A stretch of DNA of 64,000 bases from Plasmodiophora brassicae (taxonomy: Eukaryota): contig CP145411.1 in NCBI GenBank assembly GCA_036867785.1, positions 434,001 through 498,000 of the forward strand. The letters are read 5' to 3'. Of this stretch, positions 1 to 13,289 are shown piece by piece. Both the position numbers and the translations under genes were made by a program. The notes below the pieces were generated by a model. It was given only the letters and a program-made list of their open reading frames with translations, was not told the DNA's origin and searched no databases. How positions within the stretch are numbered: position 1 is the first letter of the stretch; each line of letters opens with the position of its first letter.

Positions 1-1060
1 GTGAGGGTCGAGACTCGGGTTTCGCCGCGGTCATTGCCCGTACCATCGTCGCCACGTCGGGGAACTCACTGGTCCAAGGCATTGAGAGCGCCCCAGATCG
101 AACGTCATTGAAGGCAAGCGCACGTTCCATTCCAGTCGAAAACGATGAGAACAGCTCCATCAGGCAGAGGCCCAGCGAGAAAACGTCGCCCTGCATCGAT
201 GCATTGTTCTCCGGCGGTGAATATGATGCTGTTCCCAACACATGCGACGACGAGGCGCCGCAATCGCCGAAATCCCCGATCTTCACAACGCCGGACGTGT
301 CAATGAACGCGTTGTCAGGTTTCACGTCATTGTGGACAACGCCGTTCGTGTGCAAGTGCTGAACACCGCGAACCATTTGACGGAATATGTCCAGCGCCTG
401 TGCAGGATTGATGAAACTACCGCGCGACGTCATCCATGTTCGTAAGGTCTCCTGGCAGCACTCCATCTGAATGAACAGGACATGGGACGCCGCTGCAAGT
501 CCACGCGACAGAGACGACGATACTGAAAGGCCGCCATCCAGGCGGCCTCGCGCGGAGGACATGAATTCGAATAGCGCCAGCGTCAGTTTCTCGACCCAGC
601 AGGAAAAGTATCGCACGAGGTTCTCATGTGGGGGAACCCGAGCCATTGTCTGTACCTCGCGCAAGACACGCGCCGACTCGGACGACCATGAGAACGGGAT
701 GCACTTAATCTGTTCGCACACCCATCACTACCGGTTACCATGTCAGCACTAACGCAACCTGACAGCATATTGTTGCAGGTCGAGACGATTCGTGACCTCG
801 TAGACGACTCCGTTGGCGCCAACGCCAAGGTACTGGACGAACGTAAAGTGGCCGAACGCACCGGGTGCCGTATCACAACGCGTCGGCGTCGCCGCTTTGT
901 GCACCGGTACGGACGGTCGTACGCTTTCCCGCACCGAGGCGCCCGGCCCCGACGGAACCGGGGTCGCGACCGCCGCACCGGACGCGATCGCCGGCAGGCG
1001 GTTACCCGCTCCCACCAGGCACGCCCGGGACAACGCCGAACGCGACCCCGACGCCAACAT
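1..1060 (-). CDS. eIF2-alpha kinase family Ser/Thr kinase (spliced; 3' end runs off the window)
   Basis: Exon 1 reads FTFVQYLGVGANGVVYEVTNRLDLQQYA. After an intron (~710-760) the minus strand reads LREVQTMARVPPHENLVRYFSCWVE...LFIQMECC...HNDVKPDNAF...KIGDFG...GDVFSLG...FSTGMERALAF. The LFIQME and FxTxMER motifs are typical of eIF2a kinases. Confidence 0.8.
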
Positions 1061-1313
1061 CGGCCCCCTGTTAGACTAGTGGCGGGGTTCGACCGACCTG
1101 GGCCCCCCTGGCCCAGAGTGGGGGGTTCCTTTTTGGACATCCGCATGACAGTGACGACTGACGCCACATCATGCGGGACTGCGACTGGCACGTCCCGGTG
1201 GTCAGGTATGTAACGCGGATTCATCTCAGGCCACAGTGCCAAGCAAAAAAGGGGGACGTCCCTGACGAGTGGCGACGAACGACAGAGATGCTGCCTGCCG
1301 TCGGCAGTTCATT

Positions 1314-4300
1314 TCACTTCTTGTCGAGTTGGAGGTCGCGGGACAGGAACCGGTGGACGCGCAGGAGGATGTCCTCGAACGGGTTCGGGTACCGCGTGCA
1401 GGCCAGGGCGATCAGCAGGTCGATGAACTCGGGGAGGAACATGCGGCGGTCGCTGTCGGCGTGCAGGTCGATGATGCGTTCGCCCATGCGCAGGATGTCC
1501 TCGATGGTGAAGCCGTGCGCGTGCAGCTTCGCGTCGTAGAAGAACCGGTTGACGTCGTCGATCGACATGGACGACGATAGCATGCCGAGCTGGTCGACCT
1601 TGGCGGACTTGCCCGTTTCCGCCTTCACCGCCAGTCTGTTGTTGCTGAACTTCTGGAACATGGCCATGATCGGTCTGATGAACGGGCGTAACGTTTGCAG
1701 GAGGTGCGACGCCCGTCCCTCTGTCTCCAGTGCTCGCTTCCCGTATACGACAATGAAATTCTCGATAACGTTCTGAAGACGCAAGCCCAGCTCCGGCCTG
1801 TCGTACGGGTGCAGTTTGGCGATCTTCACCAGCAGGTGCACGAATTGTCGGACGGTGATCTCCGTCCTCAGCTGGACGTTTCCATCGGGTGCGACCTCTT
1901 CGAACAGCTCCAGCAGCTTCACCGGCGTCAGCGCCTGTGACAGCAACTTCGAATCCTTGGTCAGCATCCTGTAGCGGGGGGTTTAACTGCTTGCCACCAG
2001 AGAGCGAACGGCAGACGTACCAGAATTCCAGAAAACTTAACGTGGCATTGTCCTCGTTGGCCTGTGAGGGCTCTCGGCTCATCACGTCCGAAGTGGCATA
2101 CCCCAAGAACACTGATTGCAATTCGGCATAATTTCTGGACAGCACGTTACGGACGCGCAGCACTTCAATAAGGTTTGCTCGCGTCGCAACCGTCTTCGCA
2201 TCGGCTTCCTGATCGGTATCTCCTCCTGAAGCGGTGACGTCAGTCAGAGATGGGCGGCGGCGGAACGACTCGGCACCTGGTGATGTTGCAGGCAGCGACA
2301 TTTCTGCCCGTATCATGTCCTCGTCGACTTCAGCCCACTGCTGGCGATGACGGCGTTGCCTCAGGTCAATGGTATCGATGGGGATCTCCTCGACGCGGTG
2401 GATGAGAACGTCGAGAATGTATCGTCGTATGCGGCTCTGGACCCGTTGCCATATGCCGCGAATCGTCTCCACTTCCTTTTCGTATTCGCTTACGGCGGTG
2501 TACGCGTTGGTCAGGCTGATAACCAGGCTTTCGAGCGGCCTATAATCAATCTGCTCCTGATCATCTGTGGTCGAGTCCAGCGCATTGCACACTTCGTCGA
2601 TAGCCGCATACGAATGCTGTACAGCATCTCGCGCTGCCAACTGCAGAGCGCTTGGCTCTGTGCGTTGCAACGTAGGGAATTCGACGAACAGCCTCGCCAG
2701 GAATGCCACTGTCAGATCAGGTGACATGCCATACGCAAGGTTGTTGGCGCGTAGCATCTGCTGCATGTCAACGGGCAGGAGATCATCTGCGCCGAGCAGG
2801 CTGCCACCCGCCACAGTTAGCCAGCAAACGTGCATGAACGCGTCATCGCGTACATGGTTTCGAGTCGCGTGCAGCGCTCATGGGATCCCAGGGTGGGATC
2901 TATCAGCTTATCGATGTGGGCAATGATACCCGGACGAGTTTTGTGAAGAATCAGGGCCAGGACGACGCCGTTCGACAGATCTGTCGTGAAGTTCTCTACC
3001 GGTGGGCGACGCTGTAAATGGCACAGGTGGAAGTTGACCCAGGCCAACAGCAGTTCCTGTTCGCTGCTGTTGTCAAGACTGAGCTCGTTAGGGATGATGC
3101 GGCGAACGTCCTCCATTGGCTTCGACGAGTACATCGCCAACTCGGCTTCCAGCGAGTTCAGGCCAATCTTGGTCAGGTCCATCAACGTTTTGATAGTGAA
3201 GTTAATATCGCGATCTGCCCCCATCGTCCTATTAGTCGACCGGTACTGCCCGATTATGGCGAGTTGTGCAACCTTTGCTCTGGAACAGCTTGTGTTCCAT
3301 CTGGGCAATCGACTCCTCGATCTCGACCCGTTGGGCCTTCAGGACCTCGACCTGCGATATTGCCCGTATTATGTCCAATGAATGTTGTTTCGGCCTTGAG
3401 CTGACCGACATTCTGACGCATGTTCCCCAGCTCGCGAAGGTCGGTTTCGGCATTCGCCCGTGCCTCCGTTGTCTCCTGTTCGATCGTAACATGACGCTGG
3501 TACGCCTCGTCAAGCGCAGCCTCCATCTTCTCCCGTTTCCTGGAGACGTGGTCTAACTTCCAGGCCATGAACGCGTTGCTCAGCAGCATCGGATTCGTTC
3601 GCCACCGGTTCAACACCGTCCTACGAAGCGTGTCAGCCAGCGGTGTCTCCACGGTGCCGTCATCGGCCTGGCATACGCTATTGTTGCACGTTGCCGCTTC
3701 AAAATGTTCACGTTATTCCTCCAGATGTTGAACACGTTGACCGTCAGACTGGTTTTCCAGTGTCGCGCTGCGGCATCCAGGACGAACGTGCGACGAAACT
3801 ACTATTAACATTAGGGCGCGCGTCCGTGTAGTGTACGTGTGCGGGCACCCAACCTCATCTGTTTCCATCTTCCGTCGTCTCGCTTCGGCAACCGACATCT
3901 CCTGCTGCAAGGCGTTCATCTTGTCGCGCACCGTGGCGACCAGGTGGAAGTAGGGCACGGGCGGTTCCCCCTTCGTGGGGCTGGGCCGGAACACCGACGA
4001 CAGGACCTGCTGCGTCAACGGACGCAGCACGGGCGACAGACGCACCAGCGATTCCGACAACTGATTACCACCCGTCATTGGCGCGCTCCTCGAGCAATGC
4101 AGATTGGCGATGGCGGTGCACCTGGTATAAAAGTTCGGCACAGACTCGAGTGCGTTCCACATTGGGAATGGGCAGGTGTCGCGTCGTCTCCAGCACCTCC
4201 TTGAGCTGTGCCTTGCATCTGTCGAGGACCGCATGGTAACCCGTCTACGGTCGATGATCAGCGCCGGGACGCTGACGGGTCCGCGTCTCACGAGCCTGCT

Positions 4301-4424
4301 CGACGCCATACTGCGCCTGGAGCGACGCCAGGCGTTGTCGTTGTGCGCCTGGTGCCGAATCCGAGGCCAGCGACGCCCGGCGTGGTCGACCTTTCGATTG
4401 CACGGCACCATCACGACCCTCCAT
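1314..4424 (-). CDS. Multi-exon calponin-homology (CH) domain and coiled-coil protein with EF-hand-like C-terminus
   Basis: CH motif LLLAWVNFHL...VENFTTDLSNGVVLALILH in ORF 2817-3308; coiled-coil ORFs 3232-3652; C-terminal ORF 1314-1967 has MFLPEFIDLLIALA. The start position is approximate. Confidence 0.6.
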
Positions 4425-4565
4425 GCCGAGTATAGCGAGGTCGATCTTGCCCAAGGGTACCCGCACAGCCCGGCGAGGTGGTTGCAGAGTGGCAGACTGG
4501 CGAATGGTCGCCCGAACCTGTCACAGAAGATGGCGGTCGGTTGCCGGCCAAGGTAATCGCAATCC

Positions 4566-6253
4566 ATGCAGGGCAGTGGAGACCCGGTCGGCATCAGGTC
4601 GTGGGCGGGTGGCGGCCCCGATGTCTGCCAGGCGCAAGCGCAGACGATCGCGTCGCTGAAGGCAACGCTGGATGACGTCGGGGCTGAGAACGCGCGCCTG
4701 CACGACCGGGTCGCCGAGGAGCGCGCCGAATGCGTCCGCCTGCGTGCCGAGCTTCGCGAGGCGGTCACCCGGATCGGCGAGCTCGACGACCTCGTCACGA
4801 AGACAGTCGAGGCGAAGGATTTGTGCCTTGCGGCCATCAAGGGCCACGAGCAGGAGCGATCCCGGTCGGCGACGCAGCGGCAAGCGCTGGCCAACGCGCT
4901 CGACACGCTGCGTACCAAGACACTGGAGGCGGAATCGGCCTGGAAGAAGAAGGAGAAGCACTGGGCGCAGAACGCCGTCCGCCTCGAGGAGCGTATTCGG
5001 GATCTGGCCGCGCGTCTCGCCGAAGCGAACCGCCTGTTGAAGACCAGGACCGGGGCCGGCCACTACAAGCAGTCGCTGGAGGAGGCCCAGCATCAGATTC
5101 GCCTGCTGAAGCGAAGGTTACGCGCGGAGCAGGTCGGCAAGGTTCGCTCCGATCTGGCACCGAGCTCGACCGTTGTGGAACCGGGTGCCGACCCGGCGTC
5201 CTCCATCGAGGCCCTCGCCCTGAAACGGGACAACGTCCGTTTGACCGTCAAGGTGACCGGCGCGTTTCGAGTGGACACGGCGATCGCTGACACCGGCACC
5301 AGGTGCGCACGCTCGAGGATCGGATCGCCGAGAAGAACCAGGAGCTGAACGGGTTCTCGGCCCAGCTGCGCGAACTCCAGGGCCTTCTGCATGCGAACCT
5401 CGAGAAGCAGAGCCAGTCAGGTACCGACGACGCTGCTCTGTCAGTCGGCAGCGTGTTGCCAATGCGTCTCGTGCAGCGATCGAAGCGAAGACGTTCGGGA
5501 GGGTGATCCAGGACCTGAGAGTCCAGGTTGGGGAATGGCCCCGCTCAATGAGCGGTGTCGTCTGACGGTGGCTGGGGGTAGATGGAGCAACAGACCGCTG
5601 AGATCAGGCGGTTGGACGACGAGAAGGCGTCGATGCAGCAGGAGCTGGATAGCGAACGGGGGGTTGTTGTTCGATTACAACGCGATCTGGCGGGTGCCGA
5701 CAAGCAGCGGAACCGGCTAGAGACCGAGGTCGGCGCCCTGCGGTCGTCGGCCGCCGATATCGAGCAGAAGGCGGATCAGCTTCGTCCGCTGCAGAAGGCG
5801 CTCGTCGAGATCGCCGCCGAACGGGATCGCTGCCGGCATCGTGCCGACGCGATCGCTCGGGAGAATCGCCTGATCACTGAGAAGGCGGGCGCTCTGCAGG
5901 TCACGAACGACGACCTCAGCGTTCGACTGGCTCAGCTGGAGGCACGGGCCAAGACGGCGGAAGACGCCGTTGCCGCCCAGTCGAAATGGTTCGCAGGCAG
6001 CGGGTCCCAGTCGGGGGCAATGCCGACCTGACGGTCCCATAGGTTCCAGCAGTGGAAAGGGGACGTGTCGTCGATATCGGTGGAGATGCGGGCGCACGCC
6101 GACCAGGTCAAGGCGCTGAGGCAGCGGGAGGCGGCCGACGTTGCCAGCATGCGGGCACGACTGGAGCAGAGCGAAAAGGAGCTCCAGGTGGCCCTCGCCA
6201 AGAACGCCAGGATGAACGGCGTCCTCGAGCGATTGATAACCGGCGGTCTATGA
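4566..6253 (+). CDS. Multi-exon long coiled-coil protein
   Basis: Heptad-rich ORFs 4566-5348, 5303-5506, 5582-6031 and 6065-6253 can be joined by short GT-AG introns. Confidence 0.65.
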
Positions 6254-6497
6254 AGTATCCTGCAACCTATGTAGGCAGCCAATATATCATCAACAGTATT
6301 TATATACGTGCGAAGACGTGCCTAAACCCTGTTGGGCATCATGACGACTCTCCTACAGCAGCCGACGTCATCATCGTCCTACCTCGACGGCCAGCTCGGG
6401 TTGGCATTGCAGCAGTATCGGCACCAGTCACCGTCTACGCCGGTTCGGGAGCCACCTCGTCATGGTAGTCATCGTTTACGTAAACCTCTACGGGCGG

Positions 6498-7127
6498 TCA
6501 TGAGCAGCCTCCCGATGCGCACACGACGTTGAGCTGGTTGTTGTGTCGAATGTAGACCTTCTGAATCTGCCACTGCGACAGGGTGCCGCCGCCAGGGACG
6601 CTGAGGACCTCCTGCAGCGTCCCCAGCGTGATCTGCAGGTCGCCCGCTGTCCCTGTTAACGTCAGATCCGTTGTCGTCGACATCGCGCTCTCGACGGCCT
6701 TCAGGTTGTCCTGCGGCAGCGACAGCGTCTGCGCCATGCCCACAGCCAGCTGTGTGCTGTTCACAGGGATCGCCGTCTGCACCGTCATCTGCGATGCGAA
6801 CACTTCCAGCGGGTTCGACGTCGTCGGCGGCGCGGTCGACGCCGGCGACGACGACCCCGGGTGCACTGTCGACAGGACGACGGCTACGACAATGACGATG
6901 ACGACGAGCAGGATGCAGACGATCGTGGCGATCGACGTTGCGTCGAACGGGTTGCGTCGCGCCACCACGAAATCCATATCGCTGATCGCCGTCGTCGGCG
7001 CCACCGGGAACGTCGGGTCGATGGCGACAATGGCCGGGCCGTCGCCGCTCGACGACGATCGGTGCCGAAGCGTCTCCCCATTGGCGTGCATCGACCAACG
7101 TCGGCGACAGGCGTAGATATCGGGCAC
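6498..7127 (-). CDS. Single-pass membrane protein of unknown function
   Basis: 209-aa ORF with the hydrophobic segment IATIVCILLVVIVIVVAVVLS; GC3-rich codon usage. Confidence 0.55.
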   Translation of the reverse strand: MPDIYACRRRWSMHANGETLRHRSSSSGDGPAIVAIDPTFPVAPTTAISDMDFVVARRNPFDATSIATIVCILLVVIVIVVAVVLSTVHPGSSSPASTAPPTTSNPLEVFASQMTVQTAIPVNSTQLAVGMAQTLSLPQDNLKAVESAMSTTTDLTLTGTAGDLQITLGTLQEVLSVPGGGTLSQWQIQKVYIRHNNQLNVVCASGGCS

Positions 7128-7210
7128 AGATACGAACGTCGTATCTGTTGAGACAGCAAATAGAGGAGCGCCCCCGATTTCATTTACGAGATGTCGACCA
7201 CGCGCGGGCC

Positions 7211-9402
7211 CTACAGGGACGGGCCCGGCTTCCTGTCCAGGGTGACCTTCGACGACGACGACGACGACGGCGTTGGCGCGTCGAACGACTCGACGACGGA
7301 CGTGTGCTGGGCGGATCCGGATCGGTCGGTGCGGATGTCGCCGCCGTCGCGCGCGACACGCTTCGCCCCCGTTCGGGTCGACCCGGTGGCGACGAACGAC
7401 CCGTTCGTGTTCTGGTTGCCAAAGTTCTCCCAGGACTGCTTCTGCGACGCCGATTGCACCTGCGCCTGGCGCTCGTGCTGCCCGTCGGCCGTCTTCTCGT
7501 CGGCCGACGCCTGCACCGTCGACGACTTGGCGACGTCGAACTCGCCGCGGTCGTTGCCGCGCGCGAACACGTCCTTGGACTTGCTGACGTCGCGCTCGAG
7601 GCGGTCGGCGGAGACGGTGCCCTCGTTCGGGAACTTGGCCTTGACGAGGTCGGCGTCGATCACCTCGGACGACTCGGTGACGTCGCCCTTGGCGCCGGCG
7701 TCCGACCCGAATCGCTCGACCTTGACGTTGCGCTTGGCGAGGACGTTGCCGGATTCGATCGTGGACGGCTCCGGTTGCTCGGGCGCTTTGGCCGTCCAGA
7801 CGTCGACCGTGGTGTGGTCGGGCGTCTTGGCCGGCGGGTCCTTGCGCCCCTTGTACTCGCGAAGACCGACCCGGGACAGCTCCGGTTCCGGCTGGACTTG
7901 CGACGCCTGCAACGTCTTCTTCTCCAGGTTGCCGTCGATCTCGATCGTCTCCGTCGTGCGGTTGATGATGACAGGGGACGGCGGCGGCGACGTCGTTGTC
8001 GGGGCGGGTGTCGGCGCTGGTGTCGGGAACGGCGTCGGCGCCGGTGTCGGGAATGGGGTCGGCGATGGGGTCGTCGGGAACGGCGTTGGCGCTGGCGTCA
8101 CCGTCACGTTCACATTGTTCGTGTTGACATTGTTCACGTTGACGCTGTTCGTGTTGACGTTGTTCGTGTTGACGTTGTTCGTGTTCACGTTGTTCGTGTT
8201 GACGTTGTTCGTGTTGACGTTGTTCGTGTTCGCGTTGTTCGTGTTCACGTTGTTCGTGTTCACGTTGTTCGTGTTCACGTTGTTGACGTTGTTCGTGTTG
8301 ACGCTGTTCGCATTCACGTTCGTGTTCGTGCCGACCGTGTTCCTGTTCACGTTCGTGTTGCTGACGCCGCTGACGGTGTTCGAGCTGAAGTCGTTGATGG
8401 TGACATCGCTGTCGTCGTCGTCCTCGTCTTCGACGATGGTGCCGTCCACGACGGTGGGCGTAACGATGATGATGCGGCGGGCGGGCGGCGGGCGAACGAT
8501 GGCGACACGATCGGGGCGCGATGGGCTCAGGTCGATGGGCAACGTGTCCACAGGAGGCAACGGTTCGTTATCGCGACGCCTGGTCCCGACAATGACGACG
8601 TTGGAGCGCGTCGTCGGGAACGCCGATCCGCCCGTACGCGGCACGTCGGTGTCATCGACAACGAACTCGCTGTTGACGTTGACGCCCGCTGGCGGGTTGC
8701 GGGGACGCTGGGGACCAGCTGGAACAGGTTCCTGCCAGCCAGCAATGGCGACACTCGGCGACGACCCTCGCACAGGGCCATTCGGCATCGCATCCATGAC
8801 GAAGCCAGGCGCGGTAGGCGGCATGACGATCGGCAGGGGCGGGTCGTCATCGTTGATCGGCGACTGAGGGCCGGGCAGGTTGCCGCCTGGCGCCTGGGGG
8901 CCCACAGAGTTACCGCCTGCGACAGGCGCCTGGGGGCCCACAGAGTTGCCGCCTGCGGCAGGCGCCTGCGGTGGCACGATAACGGGCCTGGGGCCAACGT
9001 GGTTCAGCTGCGTCTCTGGGAACCAGACCTGCTCGTCGGCAACGGGGACGTTGACGCGTTGGTGCATGATGTCATCGTCGACAACGGGGGCCGACCCGTC
9101 AACAACGCCCGCGTACGTTGGCGACGTCGTGGGCGGCGGAACGACAACGTCTCCGTTGTAACTGTTCGTGTTCTTGACGACGGTTGCCGGGTTGTAGGCG
9201 GCGATAGGTGGCAGATGCGGGGCGGCCGTGGTCGGAGGCGGCACGGTCGGCGCCGGTGTGGGCGCTGTCGTCGCGTTCATCCCCATCGTCGTCGTAATGA
9301 CAACGCGTTTCTTGACAAGTTTCGTGTTATCACTCAGCTGCTCGTTTTCTTGTTGCTGCTGCACCTGCTGCTGGTTCTGTTGCACCTGCTGCTGCGTCTG
9401 CA

Positions 9403-9467
<65 letters not shown>

Positions 9468-9616
9468 ACGTTATGCTGCTGCTGCTGTTGCACATTCTGC
9501 TGCTGTTGCTCTTGCTGAAATTGATGCTGCTGTTGCCCCTGTTGCTGCTGTAACTGCTGGCCGGCAGCAGCAGAGATCGCGACGAGCGCGAGGAGGGCGA
9601 GGGCGTCGAAGCGCAT
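7211..9616 (-). CDS. Secreted low-complexity protein (signal peptide, polyQ, NTNNV repeats, PTP/mucin-like repeats)
   Basis: The ATG at 9616 gives MRFDALALLALVAISAAAG, a signal peptide. The intronless ORF contains a polyQ tract, NTNNV/NVNTN repeats and TPAPTPFP repeats. Confidence 0.8.
8100..8360 (-). repeat. 15-bp coding minisatellite (N-T-N-N-V units)
   Basis: Tandem ttgttcgtgtt(g/c)acg units on the + strand. Confidence 0.9.
9403..9467 (-). repeat. (CAG)n coding microsatellite, polyglutamine
   Basis: Uninterrupted (ctg)n run on the + strand. Confidence 0.95.
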
Positions 9617-10690
9617 GGCGGCCCGGGCGAGAATTATTTCTCGGTGATAGGCGCGACGCAGGTATCCAATAACGAAGTGGTATCGGCCATTGACGTAAGT
9701 TCCAGGGCACAGCACAGCACAGCGGTGACTCAACTGGAGCGCGACACATGACACTATATCTCGCGACGATATTGTCAGTCGGGCGGCGTGACTCATCGTT
9801 GGCCTACCCGGGCGCAGGCTATCAGGTGCATGCCGCTGGAACCGTCGGCGGGACGTTCGGTTTCCGCTTGCATCTCATCGCCTCATTCAAACGCGAAAAG
9901 CGTAACCCAGGGAATCCTGTTCACCGATTCGTCATCAAGGCGCGGAGGCGTGGACAACGTCAGCGAGAAGTCTTCCGATGGCCGCAGAGAGCGAGCCGAC
10001 GCCGTTGGTGGGCGTGCCGCAATGGCACCCGTCAACGCGGGACAATGCAATCAACGCCGGTAGGTACGTTCCTGTTGCAGGAGGTTCCCCACCCACCCAT
10101 AACTCGCGATGAAAACCGCAAGGCGTCCCTGGTCGGTTTCCTTGATATGCGCACCGCGCTGAACTGAACATCATTGTGAAACGTCTGTGTGGCATACCGC
10201 TAGCCTCGTCATGGACGACAGGCGGCGATACGAGCTGTGTTGCTGCATTGGATGGGCGCTCAATGCCCAGTGCTTCAGGCATTGCGTCAGCTGCGTTCGA
10301 ATCGTTGAGCGCCACCCAGCGCGCAAGCTTCGTCGCGTCGACGTCTAAATGCTCCAGCTCGCATTGAAAGCACTAACTTAGGTACTAGGTACGTCTGATG
10401 ACACCAAACCGACGTGAGACATGGCAGCATGGCAGCGCGTAGACCGGGGCGCCAATTACATAGGTCACAGAAGCAGCTGCTCCTCTGACCTAGTTGGCGC
10501 CCCGGTCTACAAGCGACATGGCTTGAAGTGTCGGTGACAATGTCATGATCTCTAGGCACCACAGGCAACAACAGCGATGACAGCAACGACAACATAATCC
10601 ATGATCATCCTAGGCCTTTATTGGTCATCAACGTTGATTGTCAACGAGGACACGTTTAAATCGGGTTCGTTCAGCGGTCGAACGTAATCG

Positions 10691-12722
10691 TCAGACCGTC
10701 AAACAGACCTCGACGTTTGCCAATGGTTGCCTTCGGATGACCTCGTACAGATCGGTTAGGACATGGGCATCAAGGCCAGCATAGTTCATCTGGACCAAAG
10801 CTTGCACTGAGAAGTTACAAATAGATACAGAGGCAAATCTACCTGTTCTGGTCGCAACGGTCGCCTCGCCCAATTCGACAGCTGCTCTGTCTTGTCCAGT
10901 GGCTTGCCGAGTAGCAGCTCGCATAGCTTCGACAGACTGACATGGTTGGTTTCGGGGAGCCCGTCGATGGCGAGAGAGCGTACGGCACTCTGAAGGTCGA
11001 TCATCGGTCCGACTGATGAGAACACATCCGTTTCTCGATGTGACTCCATCAGAGCCTGCACTGAACAGGAGCAACGTCATTACTGAGTTTCTTAAAGGCT
11101 GTATCGTTTCGCCTACAGTCGCCTTTTAAGGAAAATCCGAGCTTGAGCACCGGTTCGGCTCGGAAGAGCTCTCGCAGGAATGTTGCCCTTCTTGGCGATA
11201 ACGGGATACACATGTCGAAAATGACACACAGTGATGGTGTTGACAGCTAACGAAATGTTCATCCAATCGTATCAGCCCTGCGAATGTGATGGAAATGCTT
11301 ACTTGCAAGGTCGCGGCTCGATTTGTACGACCTTCGATGCTGGTAAACGAAGGGACGAATTCAACGTCGATTCCGACAACGTCACTCGACAGGAAATGGC
11401 TAACGAATACGTCGTCCTCAGGTTCGAAAAGGATTGGTACTGACATCTGCAGGAACTCATTGGGGTTTGGCACCGCTTTTGCAGGTTCTGGAAACCTGCG
11501 GGACGATGCATTATAATCACATCGGTTCCGGTACACCGCGTTACGCTCACAAATGGGGGCTCGATATATACTTGTAGTACAGATTACGCAGCGATTGGCT
11601 AGAGATGCCGCCCTGAAAAGCCTCATACGCTTCTCTGAATGCTTGCATTTGACCGGCTTGACTAAGGAGCGTCAAAGCGTATTCCTGCAGGCGACGGTTG
11701 TCCCCGCAGACGCCTATCGCGAACTCATGAAGCTTTCCTGGACAGACTTTAGGTCAGGGATGACGGATAAACGATATCAGCAGACACACACACAACGGTA
11801 CCTTCCTTTGCTAGCCAACGCAACGTTGGGCGCTTGGCGGCGTATTCAATGTCAGCAAACGCAGCTACATCGAGACTGTTTTCGACGACGGCTCGAAACG
11901 CTGCTGTCGGATGAATGTGCACGATAGCGCGAATTGTAGCGGGGAGAAATGGCGGGTACGCTTGGGCGGCCTGCAACGCAAGTTTGGATTGCCTCGCGTC
12001 CACCATTGGTCGGATAAGCTCGTCGAACGTCATCAGAGGAAATAGCCTTAGGTTGGACACGAATTGGAGAGCATCGATCAGGCGCGTCGACTGCTGCAAC
12101 ATGTCACGAGCTTGTTGAAGTAGCAGCCCTTGCGGGACAGCAAGCGCCAGCTGATTGACCAGGAGCGACCACGGAACGGGTAGAATGAAATCCCTATCGT
12201 TGTCAATTGTGAGTGTCAGCGACTGAGGGCCCACAGCGGAGGACGGCCTTTATGAGACCCACGATAATGGATGAATCCTTCGTCGAATTTCGTCTTGTCT
12301 AACGACGGGCAGGGAGTCGAAATGCACATCACACACATTTACCAGCAGTGCTGACACAGGTCGACTCATCCAAGCGAGCCGATTCCGTTCGTCGGCCGCA
12401 GCAGATGACTGGGATCCAGATGTGTCTGCCAACCTGGCAGCGCACGATGCAGATATGTCTGCCAACCTGGCAGCGCACGCTTCAGCAAGGCCCTACCAAT
12501 CCCCGCATGACTATCAACGGCGGCGCCGATCGATGCATCGTGCGTACCACAGCAAACTCCAGCGGCGCCTCACTCCTAAGGCCGATTTCCGTGAGGTTCG
12601 TGTTCACCCAGTCGAACCCACCGGGGCGAGCAAGCCTCGACAGCGCATGGAGCGTTGCATGAGCACATCCAGACGCTTGCGCTGCTAGAAATTCCCGAAT
12701 GCACTCTTCCCTAATCGCCATC
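10691..12722 (-). CDS. EXD3: EXD3/Mut-7-like DEDDy 3'-5' exonuclease (multi-exon; ends approximate)
   Basis: ExoI VVGIDVEF, then ATLQ, SLSKLCELLLGKPLDKTEQLSNWARRPLRPEQ and ExoIII YAGLDAHVL across ORFs 11126-11626, 10786-11061 and 10691-11080. The upstream helical ORFs (11749-12757) are probably the N-terminus. Confidence 0.7.
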
Positions 12723-13289
12723 TTCAGCAATGCAGAGCGCCGAACAGCCACAGTCATGTACCAACTTGTCGAACGGCACCCTGGACTCGCGTTTCCGCTT
12801 GTGCCTTCTCCTCGCGGTATCAGCCCCGCCAGACGACGGCGCCAGCACGTCCCTCTGCGAACGGCTACCTACAAACATCCGGGTTCGACTCCACATACAC
12901 ACACACAACGATTCCGCTGCCTGGACGCGCTACCGTTCCGACTGTCAGCATGGTCGCCACGTACGTGGACGACCCGGCGATGCATTGCGGCCGAGCCACG
13001 AATTGCGGGACGGCCTTCTCGCGCTATCCAGAGCCGCCAGCTGAAGCAGGCCAGCCAGCCAGAACGTAAACGAAGGGGATCGGGCTCTCCCACACGACCG
13101 TGGCGCAGCCCAGCGCAGATCCAGCTGGGCGATGATTCTATCCTGGCCTGCGTCTCCGATTGCTGGCCCTGCCCGCATTGCAAACCCCAGACGTCGTACG
13201 ACGATGCCGTTATAGACTGTATATGTCGTCGGAGGGCAACGCTGGGCGCCACGTTGCGTGCGCTGCTGGACATTAGGGGTGTATGTGGC

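Noticed and set aside
7148-9553. 801-aa and 558-aa + strand ORFs
   Set aside because: Antisense shadows of the repetitive, GC-rich secreted-protein gene on the minus strand.
9935-10595. Possible extra exons or a Zn-finger gene downstream of the EXD3-like gene
   Set aside because: I could not build a consistent splice model by eye.
12417-12480. 33-bp tandem duplication
   Set aside because: A two-copy in-frame repeat with no further structure.
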